DNA of 56,262 bases, counting the filler, from an uncultured virus (IMG/VR IMGVR_UViG_2502082094_000002) (lineage: Duplodnaviria; Heunggongvirae; Uroviricota; Caudoviricetes). It is 10 parts of one record of this genome, joined end to end, with 100 filler letters (N's around TTAATTAATTAA, not from the genome) between each part and the next. Parts side by side here need not be neighbours in the genome. Positions count along the whole stretch, not along the records: positions 11,321 to 19,124 come from IMGVR_UViG_2502082094_000002; positions 19,225 to 22,405 come from IMGVR_UViG_2502082094_000002; positions 22,506 to 23,548 come from IMGVR_UViG_2502082094_000002; positions 23,649 to 25,384 come from IMGVR_UViG_2502082094_000002; positions 25,485 to 33,474 come from IMGVR_UViG_2502082094_000002; 5 more parts are not named here. One strand, given 5' to 3'. Below, piece by piece: positions 17,454-30,167 of the stretch (position 1 is its first letter; each line of letters starts with the position of its first letter). Below the pieces are notes generated by a model. It was given only the letters and a program-made list of their open reading frames with translations, was not told the origin of the DNA and searched no databases. A program made the translations under genes and the position numbers.

Positions 17454-18522
17454 ATGAGCACGACATACAATAATCAGACAGAGACAGAAACGAACACAGG
17501 AATCGAAGTAGAAGCGAAGCAGAGCAGACCAAGAGTTTCAACAGGAAGTTGACATCTTCGAACCACGAGAGAATCTCAAGCCATACGAGTATCCAGAGTT
17601 TATGGAATTCAAGGAAGCGATTCGAAACAGTTACTGGGAAGAAAAAGAGTTTAACTTCCAAGGAGACGTTCAAGACTTTCGAGAGAACACGACAGATGTT
17701 GAGCGTAGCGTCATCAAAAAGACGATGCTTGCTATTGCTCAAATCGAAGTCAAGGTGAAGACATTTTGGGGCGATGTGTACAAGCAACTACCAAAGCCTG
17801 AAATCGGAGACGTTGGCTCAACATTCTCAGAGAGTGAGGTTCGTCACAAAGATGCGTATGCAAAGCTGCTCGAAGTTCTTGGACTCGAAGATGAATTTAA
17901 GGAACTGAGTGACGTGCCAGCAATACAGAGACGAATCGATTACATGGATGATTGTCTTGCAGGTGCTGACAGTGCTGACGAGAAAGAATATGCACAGAGC
18001 ATCTTACTCTTTAGTACCTTTGTCGAGCACGTATCACTGTTTAGTCAATTCCTAATTATGACCTCGTTCGACAAAGAGGACAAACGATTCAAAGGTATTG
18101 CAAACGCTGTTGAGGCAACCAGTAAGGAAGAACAAGTGCATGGGTTGTTCGGCCAAGAACTGGTGGAAACTATCCGTGAGGAGAATCCTGACATGTTTGG
18201 AGACGGATTTGAGCAGGATGTGAAAGAAGCATGTGAGAAAGCATACGAGGCTGAGATGGATATCCTCGACTGGATTTTCAGTGAGGGAGAGCTTGACTTC
18301 CTCCCACGAGAGCATATTGATGAATTCATGAAAGGCCGATTCAATGAGACGCTTGGGAATGTTGGCGTTGACCCAGTATTCGAGACAGACGACGACCTGC
18401 TCGATGAAACACGCTGGTTTGACGAGGATATCATGATGACCAAAGACAATGACTTCTTCAGTAAGCGGTCTACTACCTACAGTAAGGGTACGACTAGCGT
18501 GACCCCAGACGACATGTTCTGA
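17454..18522 (+). CDS. nrdB: Ribonucleotide reductase class I beta subunit (5' frameshift, likely error)
   Basis: KPYEYP, E.RH.DAY, VEHVSLFSQF, KEEQVH, DFFSKRSTTY. Confidence 0.93.
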
Positions 18523-18626
18523 ATCGAGCAACGAGCAACTTACTTTTTTATTTGTAACTACGCATCCAAAGATATAAGTGGGTACAACCACTATTTATAA
18601 TACGCACAACAGCGTACACTAATTAC

Positions 18627-19124
18627 ATGATACACGAACCAACAACATCTATCGAAGAACACTTTCCAGACATTGCAGCAAAGCACGACGAAGACTTCTA
18701 TTGGCTCAACGAAGACAGCCGTGAGTTTCTCCGAAACGGGTATCTCCTCGATGGAGTGACAGCAGAGGAGCGAGTCAGAGAGATTGCAGAAAACGCAGAA
18801 GAAATACTCGGAGAAGACGGCTTTGCCGATAAGTTCTACGAGTATATGAGCCGTGGTTATTACAGTCTTGCGAGTCCTATCTGGTCAAACTTTGGACTCG
18901 ACCGAGGGATGCCAATCAGTTGCTTTGGCAGTCACATTGACGACAGTGTAAAGAGTATCTCTTACACTCAGGCAGAGGTCCAGATGATGACCAAATTTGG
19001 TGGTGGCACGAGTGGCTACTTTGGCGACCTTCGACCACGGGGCGCACCCATTACAAACAATGGCAAAAGTAATGGCAGCAAAGAGTTTACTCGCTTGTTT
19101 AACACCAGCATCAATGTCATAAGT
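18627..19124 (+). CDS. nrdA: Ribonucleotide reductase alpha subunit, N-terminal part (no ATP cone)
   Basis: SLASPIWSNFG..RGMPISCF, GGGTSG, LRPRG. Confidence 0.92.
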
Positions 19125-19224
19125 NNNNNNNNNNNNNNNNNNNNNNNNNNNNNNNNNNNNNNNNNNNNTTAATTAATTAANNNNNNNNNNNNNNNNNNNN
19201 NNNNNNNNNNNNNNNNNNNNNNNN

Positions 19225-19873
19225 AGATGATTCCGTTCATAGCACTGAAGCAATGCTTGAGAACAATCAAGTGTTCAAAACTATCAAAGAGAAAAGCTAT
19301 GCAGAGAGCGAGCGCATGGCTGACGAATTTGGTGAGCCTGAAGTCATGGAAGGATACGGTCGTCGTCACACGACTACCATGTCAGTCGCTCCTACCAAAT
19401 CAAGTAGCGTGATTCTCGGACAGATTAGTCCAAGCATCGAACCACTCAAGTCCAACTACTTCGTCAGAGATGGAGCGAAACTCAAGGCTACACATCGTAA
19501 CAGGTTCCTCGAATCACTGCTCGAAAAACGGGACAAAAACACACGAGATGTGTGGGACCAAATAATGGCACAGGACGGGAGCGTCCAAGGGCTTGACTTC
19601 CTTTCAGACCACGAGCAAGACGTGTTTAAGAAGATGTCTGAGATTTCTCAGATGGCTATCATCAAACAGGCTGGTCAGAGACAGGATTATATCGACCAAG
19701 GACAGAGCATCAACATCTCTGTTGACCCAAGTGAGGTTCCTGTCAGCGATATTAATCAACTGTACATTCAGGCATGGAGAGATGGAGTCAAGAGTCTTTA
19801 CTATCAGAAGTCTGTCAATGCTGCACAGAAGTTCAGTCAAGATATTCTCGAATGCAGTGCGTGTGAAGGATAA
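19225..19873 (+). CDS. nrdA: Ribonucleotide reductase alpha subunit, C-terminal part (allele 2)
   Basis: APTKSSS, KSLYY, CSAC. Confidence 0.92.
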
Positions 19874-19875
19874 TT

Positions 19876-20085
19876 ATGGCTAGAGCAAATAGAGTCACTT
19901 CCGACGAAAGACCAGAAAAGACAATAGAAAACATTCCAAACAAAGAGTTAGAGAAGGCTATAGGGTCTTGCTCATATCTTGAGTGCAATAATTGCAAAGA
20001 GAAACAATGGCTCTATATTACGCCGGGACATAATACCACGTCTGAGTGTAAGTCATGTGGTGAAAATATACTACTTATTGGATAA
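19876..20085 (+). CDS. Zinc-ribbon protein, strain-specific
   Basis: CNNC..CKSCG; absent after nrdA allele 1 (1864). Confidence 0.7.
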   Translation: MARANRVTSDERPEKTIENIPNKELEKAIGSCSYLECNNCKEKQWLYITPGHNTTSECKSCGENILLIG

Positions 20086-20195
20086 TCTCTAACTAATAGT
20101 CGATTGCTTTTTTTGTCGTTCAACCGAAAAGTTTAAGTAACTAGAAAGAAAAGCAGTACACAGATGCTCGTATCCACAGCGAGACATTTCTATCT

Positions 20196-20477
20196 ATGCT
20201 GGACACCACCACGATATTCATTCTTGGCAGTATTGCCTTGTTTCTTATCGGCACTCTCGGTGGATGGGTGCTTACAAAATTACGAAAAGAGTGTACATCT
20301 CCTCCCATCCAAACAGCGATTGCGTTCTTGATTACAACTGTGTGGGTCGTTGCCGTTGCAGCAGAAATAGTCGTCCCTGCTTACACTGTAAGCATGATGT
20401 TGCACGGAATCATGGGAGCAGTCGTTGGATACCTATTCTCTGACGATGGTATTGTCATCAACATCGGTTCAGAGTAG
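20196..20477 (+). CDS. Small membrane protein (allele 2)
   Basis: Identical protein to 1975-2256. Confidence 0.8.
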   Translation: MLDTTTIFILGSIALFLIGTLGGWVLTKLRKECTSPPIQTAIAFLITTVWVVAVAAEIVVPAYTVSMMLHGIMGAVVGYLFSDDGIVINIGSE

Positions 20478-20806
20478 AACCAAAACATTTAAGTGTTTTA
20501 AGAATAACATTTATATATGGTTCATATCAATCCTCCTAATTGTGACGATTGCGATGAAATGCTCGAAGAATTGAATGGTGAATGGTACTGTGAAAACTGT
20601 GACGATGTGTCAGGATTTGAGCTTACACCTGACGAAAGTTCACTCGACTTCGAGTTGTAGTACTTTTTTAGTTATAGCTCCAGACCTCTATGTATATTCT
20701 TTTCTCACAAGTCTTACAGTCGATAGCAGGAGTTACACTGGTTACATCTTGCTCTGATACATCTGTCCCACACTGAGGACAATAGTTTACTTCTATTTTA
20801 CTCATA

Positions 20807-21577
20807 CTACGGACTAATCTTTACCGGACCATTTTCGGCCCACCAGTGTGCTGTATATGGAATCCAATTTTCTAACACGTTTACAATTTCATTAGATAAT
20901 TCTCTGATTTCCCACTGAGCATCAGCCTTCTGTCGAAGATTGAGTACATGCATCATCGTGCGAGCGTTACCTGATAGTGTCATGTTAACAGGTGTCCCGA
21001 TTGGGAGCAAAAATCGAGCATCCTCTTTTGGTACTCCCTCGTCAACCATTTCTTGATATACTTCGAACAATCGTTCAGTCTTTTCCTCGTACTCCTGTCG
21101 GAATTTTTGTCTTACTTTCTCCGGTAAGTCAACTAACCCATCCTCTCGTGAAAAATGGTCATCTTCTTCAAGCGACCGTGGCATAATTGCTTCTTTATCA
21201 CTGAAGTCTACGTACCGCTGACTCTGTACATCGAACGTGAGATGCCTGTGGCGAGTTATCTGTGCCATTGTCGCACGAGACACGCCCTTGATGGCTATGG
21301 ATATCTGTGGATGTTCCCACGGACCAAAGTGACCTCTTGATAGTTGCTTCTCAACAAATGAAGCGATTGATGCCTCAATATTGATATACCGCTGATTATA
21401 CGCAACTTTGTTCGACAACTCTTTCACTAATTCTACATGACGGTCATCATAATCAACTGAATCCATCAATTCGTAAAAATCAGTCTCTCCCACAAATCCG
21501 TCGTAGTAATCACCTCTTGCAGCAGTACAGACTACTCGCTCAGGCGATTGCGTGCTCTTAACTACTTGTACTTTCAT
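20807..21577 (-). CDS. thyX: Flavin-dependent thymidylate synthase
   Basis: GH.GPWEH, RHR..QSQRY, EDARFLLP, AQWEIR. Confidence 0.96.
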   Translation of the reverse strand: MKVQVVKSTQSPERVVCTAARGDYYDGFVGETDFYELMDSVDYDDRHVELVKELSNKVAYNQRYINIEASIASFVEKQLSRGHFGPWEHPQISIAIKGVSRATMAQITRHRHLTFDVQSQRYVDFSDKEAIMPRSLEEDDHFSREDGLVDLPEKVRQKFRQEYEEKTERLFEVYQEMVDEGVPKEDARFLLPIGTPVNMTLSGNARTMMHVLNLRQKADAQWEIRELSNEIVNVLENWIPYTAHWWAENGPVKISP

Positions 21578-21617
21578 GTACTAATACAAACGTTACAAGT
21601 AGATAAAAAAGTTTCGA

Positions 21618-21929
21618 TTACTCGTCTGACTCTGTTTTCTTCTTTAACTCACGAGCAATCTTCATCGCATGGTTCTTGTTCTTGTCAGAAATACCATTGA
21701 GAGCACTCACAAGCCTCTCACGCTCATCTTCTGTCATCGACGGCTCACTGGTCACGTCTCTATCCAAACTTACTGCACGTATTCCTGAGGCTCTTGTGAG
21801 GCGATTCACAAAGTTGTTCAGACCATTGTACACCTTATCAACTGAGATGTTACCATTAGTTTTAATCGTTACTTCGAAGGTCAATTCTCTGTCTCTATCT
21901 CTATTTCTATCTCTGTTTGAATCAGTCAT
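21618..21929 (-). CDS. Hypothetical protein
   Basis: ATG ORF with RD repeats at the N-terminus. Confidence 0.65.
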   Translation of the reverse strand: MTDSNRDRNRDRDRELTFEVTIKTNGNISVDKVYNGLNNFVNRLTRASGIRAVSLDRDVTSEPSMTEDERERLVSALNGISDKNKNHAMKIARELKKKTESDE

Positions 21930-21967
21930 TGTTACTATTTTTTCTATGAGTTAATTTTCAATCGGTA

Positions 21968-22056
21968 CTTTTATTACAATAGCGTGCATATGCTGTTGTA
22001 AAGGCGGTGAGGTGAGGAAAGGATTGGGACACCCTTTGAGGGGAGGATTATACTAT
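21968..22056 (+). promoter_or_regulatory. Dispersed TATA + G-rich + hairpin element, divergent copy D
   Basis: TTTTATTA box, then GGTGAGGTGAGGAAAGGATTGGGACACCCTTTGAGGGGAGGATTATACTAT. Confidence 0.6.
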
Positions 22057-22505
22057 GTGTCATGAAGATTGTTTCTGTCAAGATGTGTTGTCCGCTCGTA
22101 ACTTTCTTCATCAGGGACCTCGACCTCAACATACACGTATTCATCGACATCATAATCCTCGTAGGGAGATGTAATCACAATGTGTCCATCCCTATGTAAC
22201 AGACAAGTTGCAAGAATCTTTTCTTGACGCTTTTGCTCGTCTGTATTAATCATTGTCCCATCTGCTCGATAATACTCTTGCCACCACTCATCAGGCAAGT
22301 AGACATCTGCTTTGTTAAGTATGTCAATATTATCGACATCCTTTTCGACAAGAAATCCGTCAAACTCATCCTTAAGACGAGTGGCAACTTCTCGTCTAAG
22401 GTCTCNNNNNNNNNNNNNNNNNNNNNNNNNNNNNNNNNNNNNNNNNNNNTTAATTAATTAANNNNNNNNNNNNNNNNNNNNNNNNNNNNNNNNNNNNNNN
22501 NNNNN

Positions 22506-22777
22506 TCTGTAAGTCGTTCAAGACTGAGCCGAGTGTCTGCATCCTTGTTTTCAGAAACAGCGTTCTCGACCTCCTGTGAGCGATACAGTTGTCCCTCATC
22601 ACCATTCAGGTACTCGTCTAATCGATAGTCCTCTATCTCTCGCCAGCCATGAACAGCAAACTCATGTGAGTCCTCATTCACTGCTGTGACAACTAAAAAT
22701 AGTTCTTGGTCCGATTGATACAGGTAATCACCAACATCTAAGTCTAGCTCGACATTGTTCGCGTCATCGAGTCCCAT
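22506..22777 (-). CDS. Hypothetical protein (partial; may continue into 22053-22405)
   Basis: Acidic ORF cut by a linker. Confidence 0.6.
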
Positions 22778-22824
22778 TGTGTTTTATAACTATTCGCGCC
22801 AGACATAAAAAAGTTGTGCTGCTA

Positions 22825-23378
22825 TTATCTATTAATGAGAGAGATTTTATACAACAACTCTGTATCTGACTGTATCTCAGAAATGATGACTGCAATCTGT
22901 ATGTATGGATTGTAACCTCTACTGAAACTTACTCGAAAAAACTCAGCATTTACTCTGTTAGATATTCCAAACTGTGACTCATTACTCTGTGTAATTATTT
23001 TTACCGCGCCATCAAATGTATCTTCATTACTAATGTGCGTATTGATATACTTATACACCTGCTGTATTATTTCATCTATATCATCTGATGCAAACGAGTT
23101 TGGTGGTTTCATGCTTCTTTTTACACTAATCATACTCCATTTCTTTCCTTATGCTCTACTCTTTCTATTACTTCACCGTCAGCCAACATTTCTAACAAAG
23201 TAATCTTTATGTATGGAATGTCAGTTGTCTGCATATTTATATCGACCAACTTTGCATCATCTATTTCTTTGTCATTACCTTCCCATAATATGAGAACCAT
23301 TTCATCACCTGTTTCTTTGAACATCATGTCATGATACCTGTACATAGATTGCACCTTCTTTGCTGCATCGGCAGTCAT
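22825..23378 (-). CDS. Two hypothetical proteins (22825-23133, 23130-23378)
   Basis: ATGA-coupled ORFs; 23130-23378 resembles the partial ORF immediately upstream (PYIK.tL..M....EVI). Confidence 0.55.
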
Positions 23379-23649
23379 TAGTAGTTAAATGGTGTTGGTG
23401 TCTCAATGACATCATCGTCTGAATCAATGACCTCATTTTCTAAGTACATATCAACAAGTGCTAACTTGATATATGGTAACTCAGAATCATAAAGGTCAAC
23501 ATTTTCTTCTTCAACACCAAACTTACTGAGGTCTATTTTGAACTTGTTNNNNNNNNNNNNNNNNNNNNNNNNNNNNNNNNNNNNNNNNNNNNTTAATTAA
23601 TTAANNNNNNNNNNNNNNNNNNNNNNNNNNNNNNNNNNNNNNNNNNNNA

Positions 23650-25384
23650 GTGTTCCCAATCGCATCATCAGGCTCACCGATGTCAACAAGTCCAATCAAC
23701 TCACGTGGCGTTGGCTCATGCTCGTCCAATCCACTGATAACTTCTCCGTTGAGGTTTTCATACAACATCTGTGCTATTTCTTCCTCGTGTGGGGCAAGGT
23801 CAATCTCAGGCTCGTCGTCTTTCGACAAGTGTTTTCTGAGACTGTTTGTCGGTGTTGGAGTTACTTGTCGTGTTAGTTGACATTTCTGTGTCTGTCGTGA
23901 ACTCAGTGGCAGATGGCGTTAACTCAGCATTGAGTTCTCGGGCTTTCTCGATGAACGAGCACCCATCGAATGGACTGACACAATCCTCGAACGTGTCTTT
24001 GAAATCATCATCGATATTGAATTTGCCGAGTGATTGCCACGACTGGAATTGGTACAGGTTTCGTCCATGCTTGCCACCACCTTCGAGTTTTTCGACCAAC
24101 CCGTTATCACGAAGGTCTTTCAACATTGCCTCAATCTGTGGTCGTTTCACGAACGAGGCATTTGTCTGTCGGAGGTATCCCATGATTGAATTGGCTTTCC
24201 CTTCACGGTCGGCCGGATGCTTGATTGGTGCTGCATTTTTGCCACCACTTGCTTTTTGAATGGCAACACAGATTGCTTTCCGCTTTCGGTCGAGTTGATG
24301 CGTTGTTGCCAGCAGGGTTTCTCGTGTCTCCATGATATTGGCCAAGTCCTGCTGCTCTGCAATAATCACATCTTCCTTCTTACCTTCATTCTGGACATAC
24401 ATGTCACGTTTCTCACGATTGTGATGATTCAGAAGTGCACTTGCTCGGACAAGATTTGCGATTTGACCAGAGACACGGTTTGTCTCACTTCGGCCGATAT
24501 CGAACATTGGACGAGCATACTTGTATGCATCGCCCCAAAACTCATCCTCACCGGCCGGAATCTTGACTCGTGCATCCTTCGGCAAGTTGCGAATATGTTG
24601 CTTGAGACGCTGCTCTCCCTCTGTGAAGTCTTTCATGTACTCCTCACCAGTATCTCCAAATGAAACCATTGAGTGGTCCCACTGAGTTGCCGCAACACCG
24701 TCGTTCTTTTCTTTTGACTCGTGGACTGGGAGTTTCAACAGTCGGTCCCACATCTCGAAATCAGGGTCATACTGTGCATAGAGGAACCCGTATGGGACTG
24801 CCTCTCGAACAATCTCGTCCACGTCTCGGTCTGCTCCTTGTCCATCACCTGTAATCTTGTATCGAAACTCACCATCCTCACCACCATGCAAGCTTTTTAG
24901 AATCTCGATAAGTTCGTCCGATGGTTTCTGTAGCTCGTCCAATGGTGCATAGTAGGCATCGTCCCACCCATCGTCATAGATGATAGACTTGTCAGTGCCA
25001 GCAGTTGCCTCATACATGAACTCGTCTGGAAAGAGGTTTTGCACTGTGTTCTGCAAATGAGACTTACCAGAGCCTGCTGTCCCAATCAGAACATACGATA
25101 CATAGTGTGAGGCATCCTCCATGAATCCGGTCAGATGTGCTAGTGTTGTGAGCACAAACTGCTCCTCATTCTTGATAGTGCGTGAGCGTGTGTACTCGAC
25201 TAAATCTTCGACAACGTTTTCCGACAACTCATAATCACAGCCACCGTCTGAGGATAACTCTGAGTTTATATCGTCGTTGAATTGCTCAACTGCACCAACA
25301 ATGTCGTCAGCAGGAGCACCATTGTCACTAGTAGTTGTTTGTGTCTCACTGCTACTGCTACTGCTATTGGTGTCACTGTTTGAG
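23650..25384 (-). CDS. P-loop ATPase, probable replicative helicase-like protein with winged-helix region (partial; frameshift near 23822)
   Basis: Walker A GTAGSGKS, Walker B LDE, DRLL; frame is open up to the linker; the acidic ORF 23650-23828 continues it after one extra A. Confidence 0.7.
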
Positions 25385-25483
25385 NNNNNNNNNNNNNNNN
25401 NNNNNNNNNNNNNNNNNNNNNNNNNNNNTTAATTAATTAANNNNNNNNNNNNNNNNNNNNNNNNNNNNNNNNNNNNNNNNNNN

Positions 25484-26452
25484 NCGCCATTCGAGGAAGG
25501 AGTAACTAGTCGGCTCACTACCTGCTTCATCTTCCTGTGAGACAGGACTGATAGCCTCACCTGATTCCATGTCGAAGACACTGTACCACATCATATCTCG
25601 TCGGTCCCCTGCTTCGACAAGTTCCTCGAAGGTAGCACGGTCTTGGTCAGTGTGAGTAGTACCGTCTTCGCCTGTCCCAACAGCTAGTTGTGTCTGTCCT
25701 TTTGCGTCAGTGTACTGATATCCTGTTGCACCAGAGTCAGCCTCACTACGTCGTGTGACCATGAATCCAACTCGCTGTCCAAAGAGTCCGTCACGAAGTT
25801 CTGGATTGCGAGCATATCGTGACCCAACAGGAACCTCGTTTCCGTCGATGTCAACGTTCTGTCCCTCGTCACCAGTGAGTGCATACTCGACAAGACCACC
25901 GTTCGTGTCACCTGTTTCTTCGTCCATGTCTGCAAAGGTTGCCCCATTAACGTCGAGTTTGCGAGCAACACTGAGTGATGCTGTTCGGTCAACAACAAGG
26001 ATTGCCCGACCATCGATTGAGGTAGTGAGTTCATCGACACCATACTGGTCGCCATCGATATTGACAGCCTCGCCACCAAACTTCTGTGTCGTGTTTGCAT
26101 CGTCAAAGTTGACTGCTCGATACTCAGTCGAGTCGTCGGCATCAGTTGCAACAAATCGTGCCTCACTCATGCCCTCAGACTCGTCTGTGAGGATTTCAAG
26201 GTCGTCCATCACAATACCAAGATATCCTTGGTCTCGTCGCCCATCGTTGTTACCAGCATCAGGGAATCGAATGATTGGATTGCCCTCGTTTTCTGGCAGG
26301 ACACCACTGACAAGAGTGGTTGGATAGAACTTCACGAATGGAATTGAATCCATATCGACCTCGATTTGTTCGAGCGTCTCGCTTTCTTGATTGTCTGAAC
26401 TGCTCTCTGCTGCTTCTCGTACTTCTTGTGTAACTTGCTCTCGGAATGACAT
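25484..26452 (-). CDS. Very acidic hypothetical protein (partial)
   Basis: Long acidic ORF next to the ATPase; function not recognised. Confidence 0.75.
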
Positions 26453-26720
26453 TGTTATAATTTGTGTTAGTGTGTTTCGTTTCTCGTCTTCGTCTGCTGC
26501 AATTGTATATAGGGGATGGTATTACTTAAAGTTTTCTATTACTATTATTATACGAATATGAAGTCTACTAACTCCTTATCAACGTCACATCCATAGAATA
26601 CACAGTGACCCAAGTACTGTTTGAATGTTTCTTCATCAACATCTTCATCATCATACATGCGTGCCATAGAAAACTTATGTGACATACTGATATTAGGAGA
26701 AATGTATGTATGTTCTTCAC

Positions 26721-27386
26721 TCATACAAATTCTTCCTCACTCACGTCAATTGACTCTAATTCAGGAAACTCGTCCTGCAACTCCTCAGATGGGAAGTACA
26801 CATCAGGCTTGTGTGATGATTGAGCGGCACTCATATCAGCAGTATGGAATAGCCGTTCATGCTCGCACTGTGGTGTCTTCCCCTCACCCCACGGACCCAT
26901 GTGACTGTTTACCAAGTGAATCACTTCTTCAGGCATATCTGGAGCAACGAATGCTGCGACGGCTGATGCTATCACATCGTGTTTTGAGGTCGTCATGTCT
27001 CGTCCTGAAGACGGCCATCCATAGTTGAACGTATCGTGAATGAGTGCAGCCGCCTTGCCACACGCACGCTCATGGTCCGTTATTCGACGCATCTCGACAT
27101 ACGATTCACTCAGGTTTGCGTATGTATTGAAGACACGCTTTGTGTGCAACCATGTCCCATGAGATGAGCGTTCATCAGGGGGATGATACTTGCCTGATGC
27201 TGAGGCCGGTCGTTCCCAAAAATAGTCAGGGCAACATTTTCGAAAGTACTGAATCGTCGCTCTCCGTACATCCTCGTCGTAGATAGCGTCAACCTCAGGC
27301 AAACGGCGTCGTACTTCTTCGTCTGAATCTATCGAGTTTTTCACTCGTGTGATTCGTTTTGCTTTCTCCAAGTCGTCAATGCTCAT
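26721..27386 (-). CDS. HD-domain phosphohydrolase
   Basis: PAS.SGKYH, LHT, LIHD, H..SHMG, ADM. Confidence 0.85.
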   Translation of the reverse strand: MSIDDLEKAKRITRVKNSIDSDEEVRRRLPEVDAIYDEDVRRATIQYFRKCCPDYFWERPASASGKYHPPDERSSHGTWLHTKRVFNTYANLSESYVEMRRITDHERACGKAAALIHDTFNYGWPSSGRDMTTSKHDVIASAVAAFVAPDMPEEVIHLVNSHMGPWGEGKTPQCEHERLFHTADMSAAQSSHKPDVYFPSEELQDEFPELESIDVSEEEFV

Positions 27387-27416
27387 AACGTGTCCTACAA
27401 TAGATGGACAGTATAC

Positions 27417-27845
27417 TTAACTCTTGTGTTCTCGTGAACTACGTGCTTCTTTGAGTCCTAATCGTGCGAGGTCATGTGCTTCTTTCGTGTGTGTGCGTGA
27501 ACAGTGCACAACCTCGTATGAATCAAACTTATCCAGCAACCACTGTGCACTCTCTCGATACTGATTCCAGTCATCACGTTCATCGTATGAGGCTGTCACC
27601 TTTCGCTTAAGCGGGCGACAATCAGTGTATACAGTAATCGATGTGGTCGAGCTATCATCCAACTCAGACTCCTGTGAGGCTATCCTGACGGCTTCTAAGA
27701 GTGCATACAATTCTGACTCCATCGAAGTGATGTCCTCGTTAATTATACGATAACCTGTCTTTTCGACAGTACCTCGAATTTCGTATCCGATTCCTGCACA
27801 GAACGTCCCACATGAGCCATCAATCCAGCAACTGATGTCACTCAT
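27417..27845 (-). CDS. rnhA: Ribonuclease HI
   Basis: IDGS, ESELYAL..A, VYTDC, AHDLAR. Confidence 0.82.
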   Translation of the reverse strand: MSDISCWIDGSCGTFCAGIGYEIRGTVEKTGYRIINEDITSMESELYALLEAVRIASQESELDDSSTTSITVYTDCRPLKRKVTASYDERDDWNQYRESAQWLLDKFDSYEVVHCSRTHTKEAHDLARLGLKEARSSREHKS

Positions 27846-28071
27846 CTGGTTGTACTATTTCCCTATTGTAAAAAAAGTGAACACACGACATGACCCCAAT
27901 ACAATGACAGTCACGAGCGTGTACAATGAGCAGTGCAGTCAGAGCGAGAAACAAAGAAATACGATTACAGATAGCGTTACGGCATATACATATCTGGAGC
28001 CAATCGTGTGCTCGTTTATACATAGTGTTTGACATTACTTAAATCTTTCGATTATTTATGTGCTCCAATGT

Positions 28072-28437
28072 TCATAGTGGTGGTTCGGTCAAGAATATGT
28101 AACACAAAAAGGCAATCCCAAGCCCAAAGCTCAATGCAATCGAAGATATTATAATACCAAGCACAGAGAATGAGACTGCTGACAGAATCAGGAGCACAAT
28201 ACCTGCAATAGCAGCCGTTCCTGACACAAGCATTGTGCCATACAGTGACACCAATCTCGCCACTATGTACTGTGGCTCTGTTAAGTATGGTCGTGTAAGT
28301 TTATCACGAGTATATCGTCGTTTGGAATCAATCGAAAAATAGTCATACGTTTCAGACAACCGTTCTTGAACTGGAATTACATGTTGTCGAGCTATGCTCT
28401 TATATCGGTGGCATTTTTGTCGTAAGTCGCGCAACAC
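28072..28437 (-). CDS. Membrane protein
   Basis: Two C-terminal hydrophobic helices. Confidence 0.6.
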   Translation of the reverse strand: MLRDLRQKCHRYKSIARQHVIPVQERLSETYDYFSIDSKRRYTRDKLTRPYLTEPQYIVARLVSLYGTMLVSGTAAIAGIVLLILSAVSFSVLGIIISSIALSFGLGIAFLCYIFLTEPPL

Positions 28438-28480
28438 ATCTACCTATGTGTGCGCAAATCATATAAACTTTTCGATACGT

Positions 28481-28819
28481 CTAATCCTCTATATCAGGAA
28501 AGTCCAACTCTGAAGCATGGGTACATACCTGCAACATCGGTATCTCCTGAAAGTTGAATCCATGTCTCTTGTACTGGTCCACAATCTCCTGTGACCCAAT
28601 GTACTCGAACTGCATCCACGTGTATGGAAACAAATCATACAATCGCTGCCACTTGTACTCAGGTGTTGCATGTATCTTCTTCATTTCAGTGTCATTTTTC
28701 ATATGTCGGAATACATGCTTCTTCACATCATCAGTTGAGTGTTCATTACACGAATCAGGTGAGGACATGTAGTTGCCACATACTTCACACCGAGCAGTTG
28801 CTGTAAAGTCAAATCCCAT
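28481..28819 (-). CDS. Hypothetical protein with CxxC..CxxH
   Basis: CEVCG..CNEH. Confidence 0.65.
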   Translation of the reverse strand: MGFDFTATARCEVCGNYMSSPDSCNEHSTDDVKKHVFRHMKNDTEMKKIHATPEYKWQRLYDLFPYTWMQFEYIGSQEIVDQYKRHGFNFQEIPMLQVCTHASELDFPDIED

Positions 28820-29112
28820 TTTATCAATGCTAGTATCTACATATAGTTAAAACTTTTCTTCCTACACTGTGTCGACTACTCTATTTCATCGAGTTGGTCT
28901 TCGATAGGCAACTCATTGTCTCCATTTCCCAACAGTTGTTGTATCTCAACTGCATGTCGTCTTGCCTTTCCTCTATTTCCTTTCTTTACTGCTTTCATTA
29001 TCTCGTCTTTCTTTCCTTTGATGACTTCCTCATCGACTTTATTTAAGCTCTGCTTTGCCTTTTTTGCCTGTTGTTTGTTTTTATCGCGCTTCGTCTGAAT
29101 TGTTTGAGCTAC

Positions 29113-29999
29113 TCATCTATTATCTGATAATTTTAGTTCTGCATCTATTTCATGAACGAGCAACTCTACCTTAGAATCTCCCATTTGTACTGTAGCAGTC
29201 TCATACTTTAACGGAGTATACGGTATCGCTCCATACTCTGCCAAATCCCGAAACGCATCTCTCCATGCTGTTGTGTTTAGATTTGTCATCTCTCTGTATT
29301 CATCTACTGTAATCTCACCAGCAACAAATAATTCACTCAGTATATACTTTTCTACTCGTGTGAGTTCATCTGGTGCGTTTTCACTCAACTCGTTCGACAT
29401 ATTCCCAGTTACTGAACGCACACTGTATCGGTCTATCATTAATCACGCCGACTCGAACCTCATCAGTATCATCTTGCTGTTTGTGAAACATCAATATTCC
29501 ATCTTGTATCGTTGCTGACTCTGCATCAATATGTTTCGTTGAGGGTGTCGCATATCCTTCTTCGACAACACTGACCTCATAAACTGGCATTTGGTGTCAC
29601 CTCACTTTCTGTCTCTACCTCATAGCCCATGTACTGCCAAAAGTCAGTTGCCTCCTCTAGCGCATCTTTGTCGATAACCCATGCACCATCACCGTTCTGT
29701 GCATCAGGGTCCCACATTACATGAGTCGAAAAGTCACTACTGAATCCATATCGCTCCATTTCATTAAACAACTCGTACAGTTCACTTGTCTTTGTATTTG
29801 TTCCACGACTCTCTGCCTTGCCTCGAAGTGAGCCGTGTTCTTCGACCTCTTTCTCGTATTCTTTCCACGGCAGATATTTGATAACGTCTTTTGCTGTATA
29901 GTGTGAGTCAATAACTGCTTTCTCACCATACTTTGTTTCCATAATGTCTGCAATTCGAATGACGTTCTCGTCGTCTGAATTTGATTGCGCGTCTGTCAT
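29113..29999 (-). CDS. Three coupled hypothetical ORFs (29113-about 29400, 29381-29590, 29577-29999)
   Basis: Overlapping acidic ORFs downstream of a TTAAG promoter. Confidence 0.6.
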
Positions 30000-30167
30000 T
30001 GTGTACTCAATTGTATGGCCTATCCATACTTAAGGCTTTCGAATACAATCATAAACAGAGTAAACAGAGTAAGAAATATATATCTACTCATTTTTTTTTG
30101 TCAAAAGAAAAAGTGGATTACGACTGCAACAAATTCAACGATTCAACAACTGTTGAGACTACGGGAG

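Noticed and set aside
1131..20660. Genuine duplication of nrdA, thyX, mazG and tRNA loci within one genome
   Set aside because: Copies lie on separate contigs, are collinear and differ mostly at synonymous sites; co-assembled strains are the simpler explanation.
23806..23830. Separate genes or pseudogenes at frameshifts (ATPase 23822, nuclease about 14700 and 14613, nrdB 5' end, rtcB edge, 46290-46470, 56160)
   Set aside because: Single-base indels, mostly in homopolymers or at contig ends, that restore normal proteins when corrected; likely sequencing errors.
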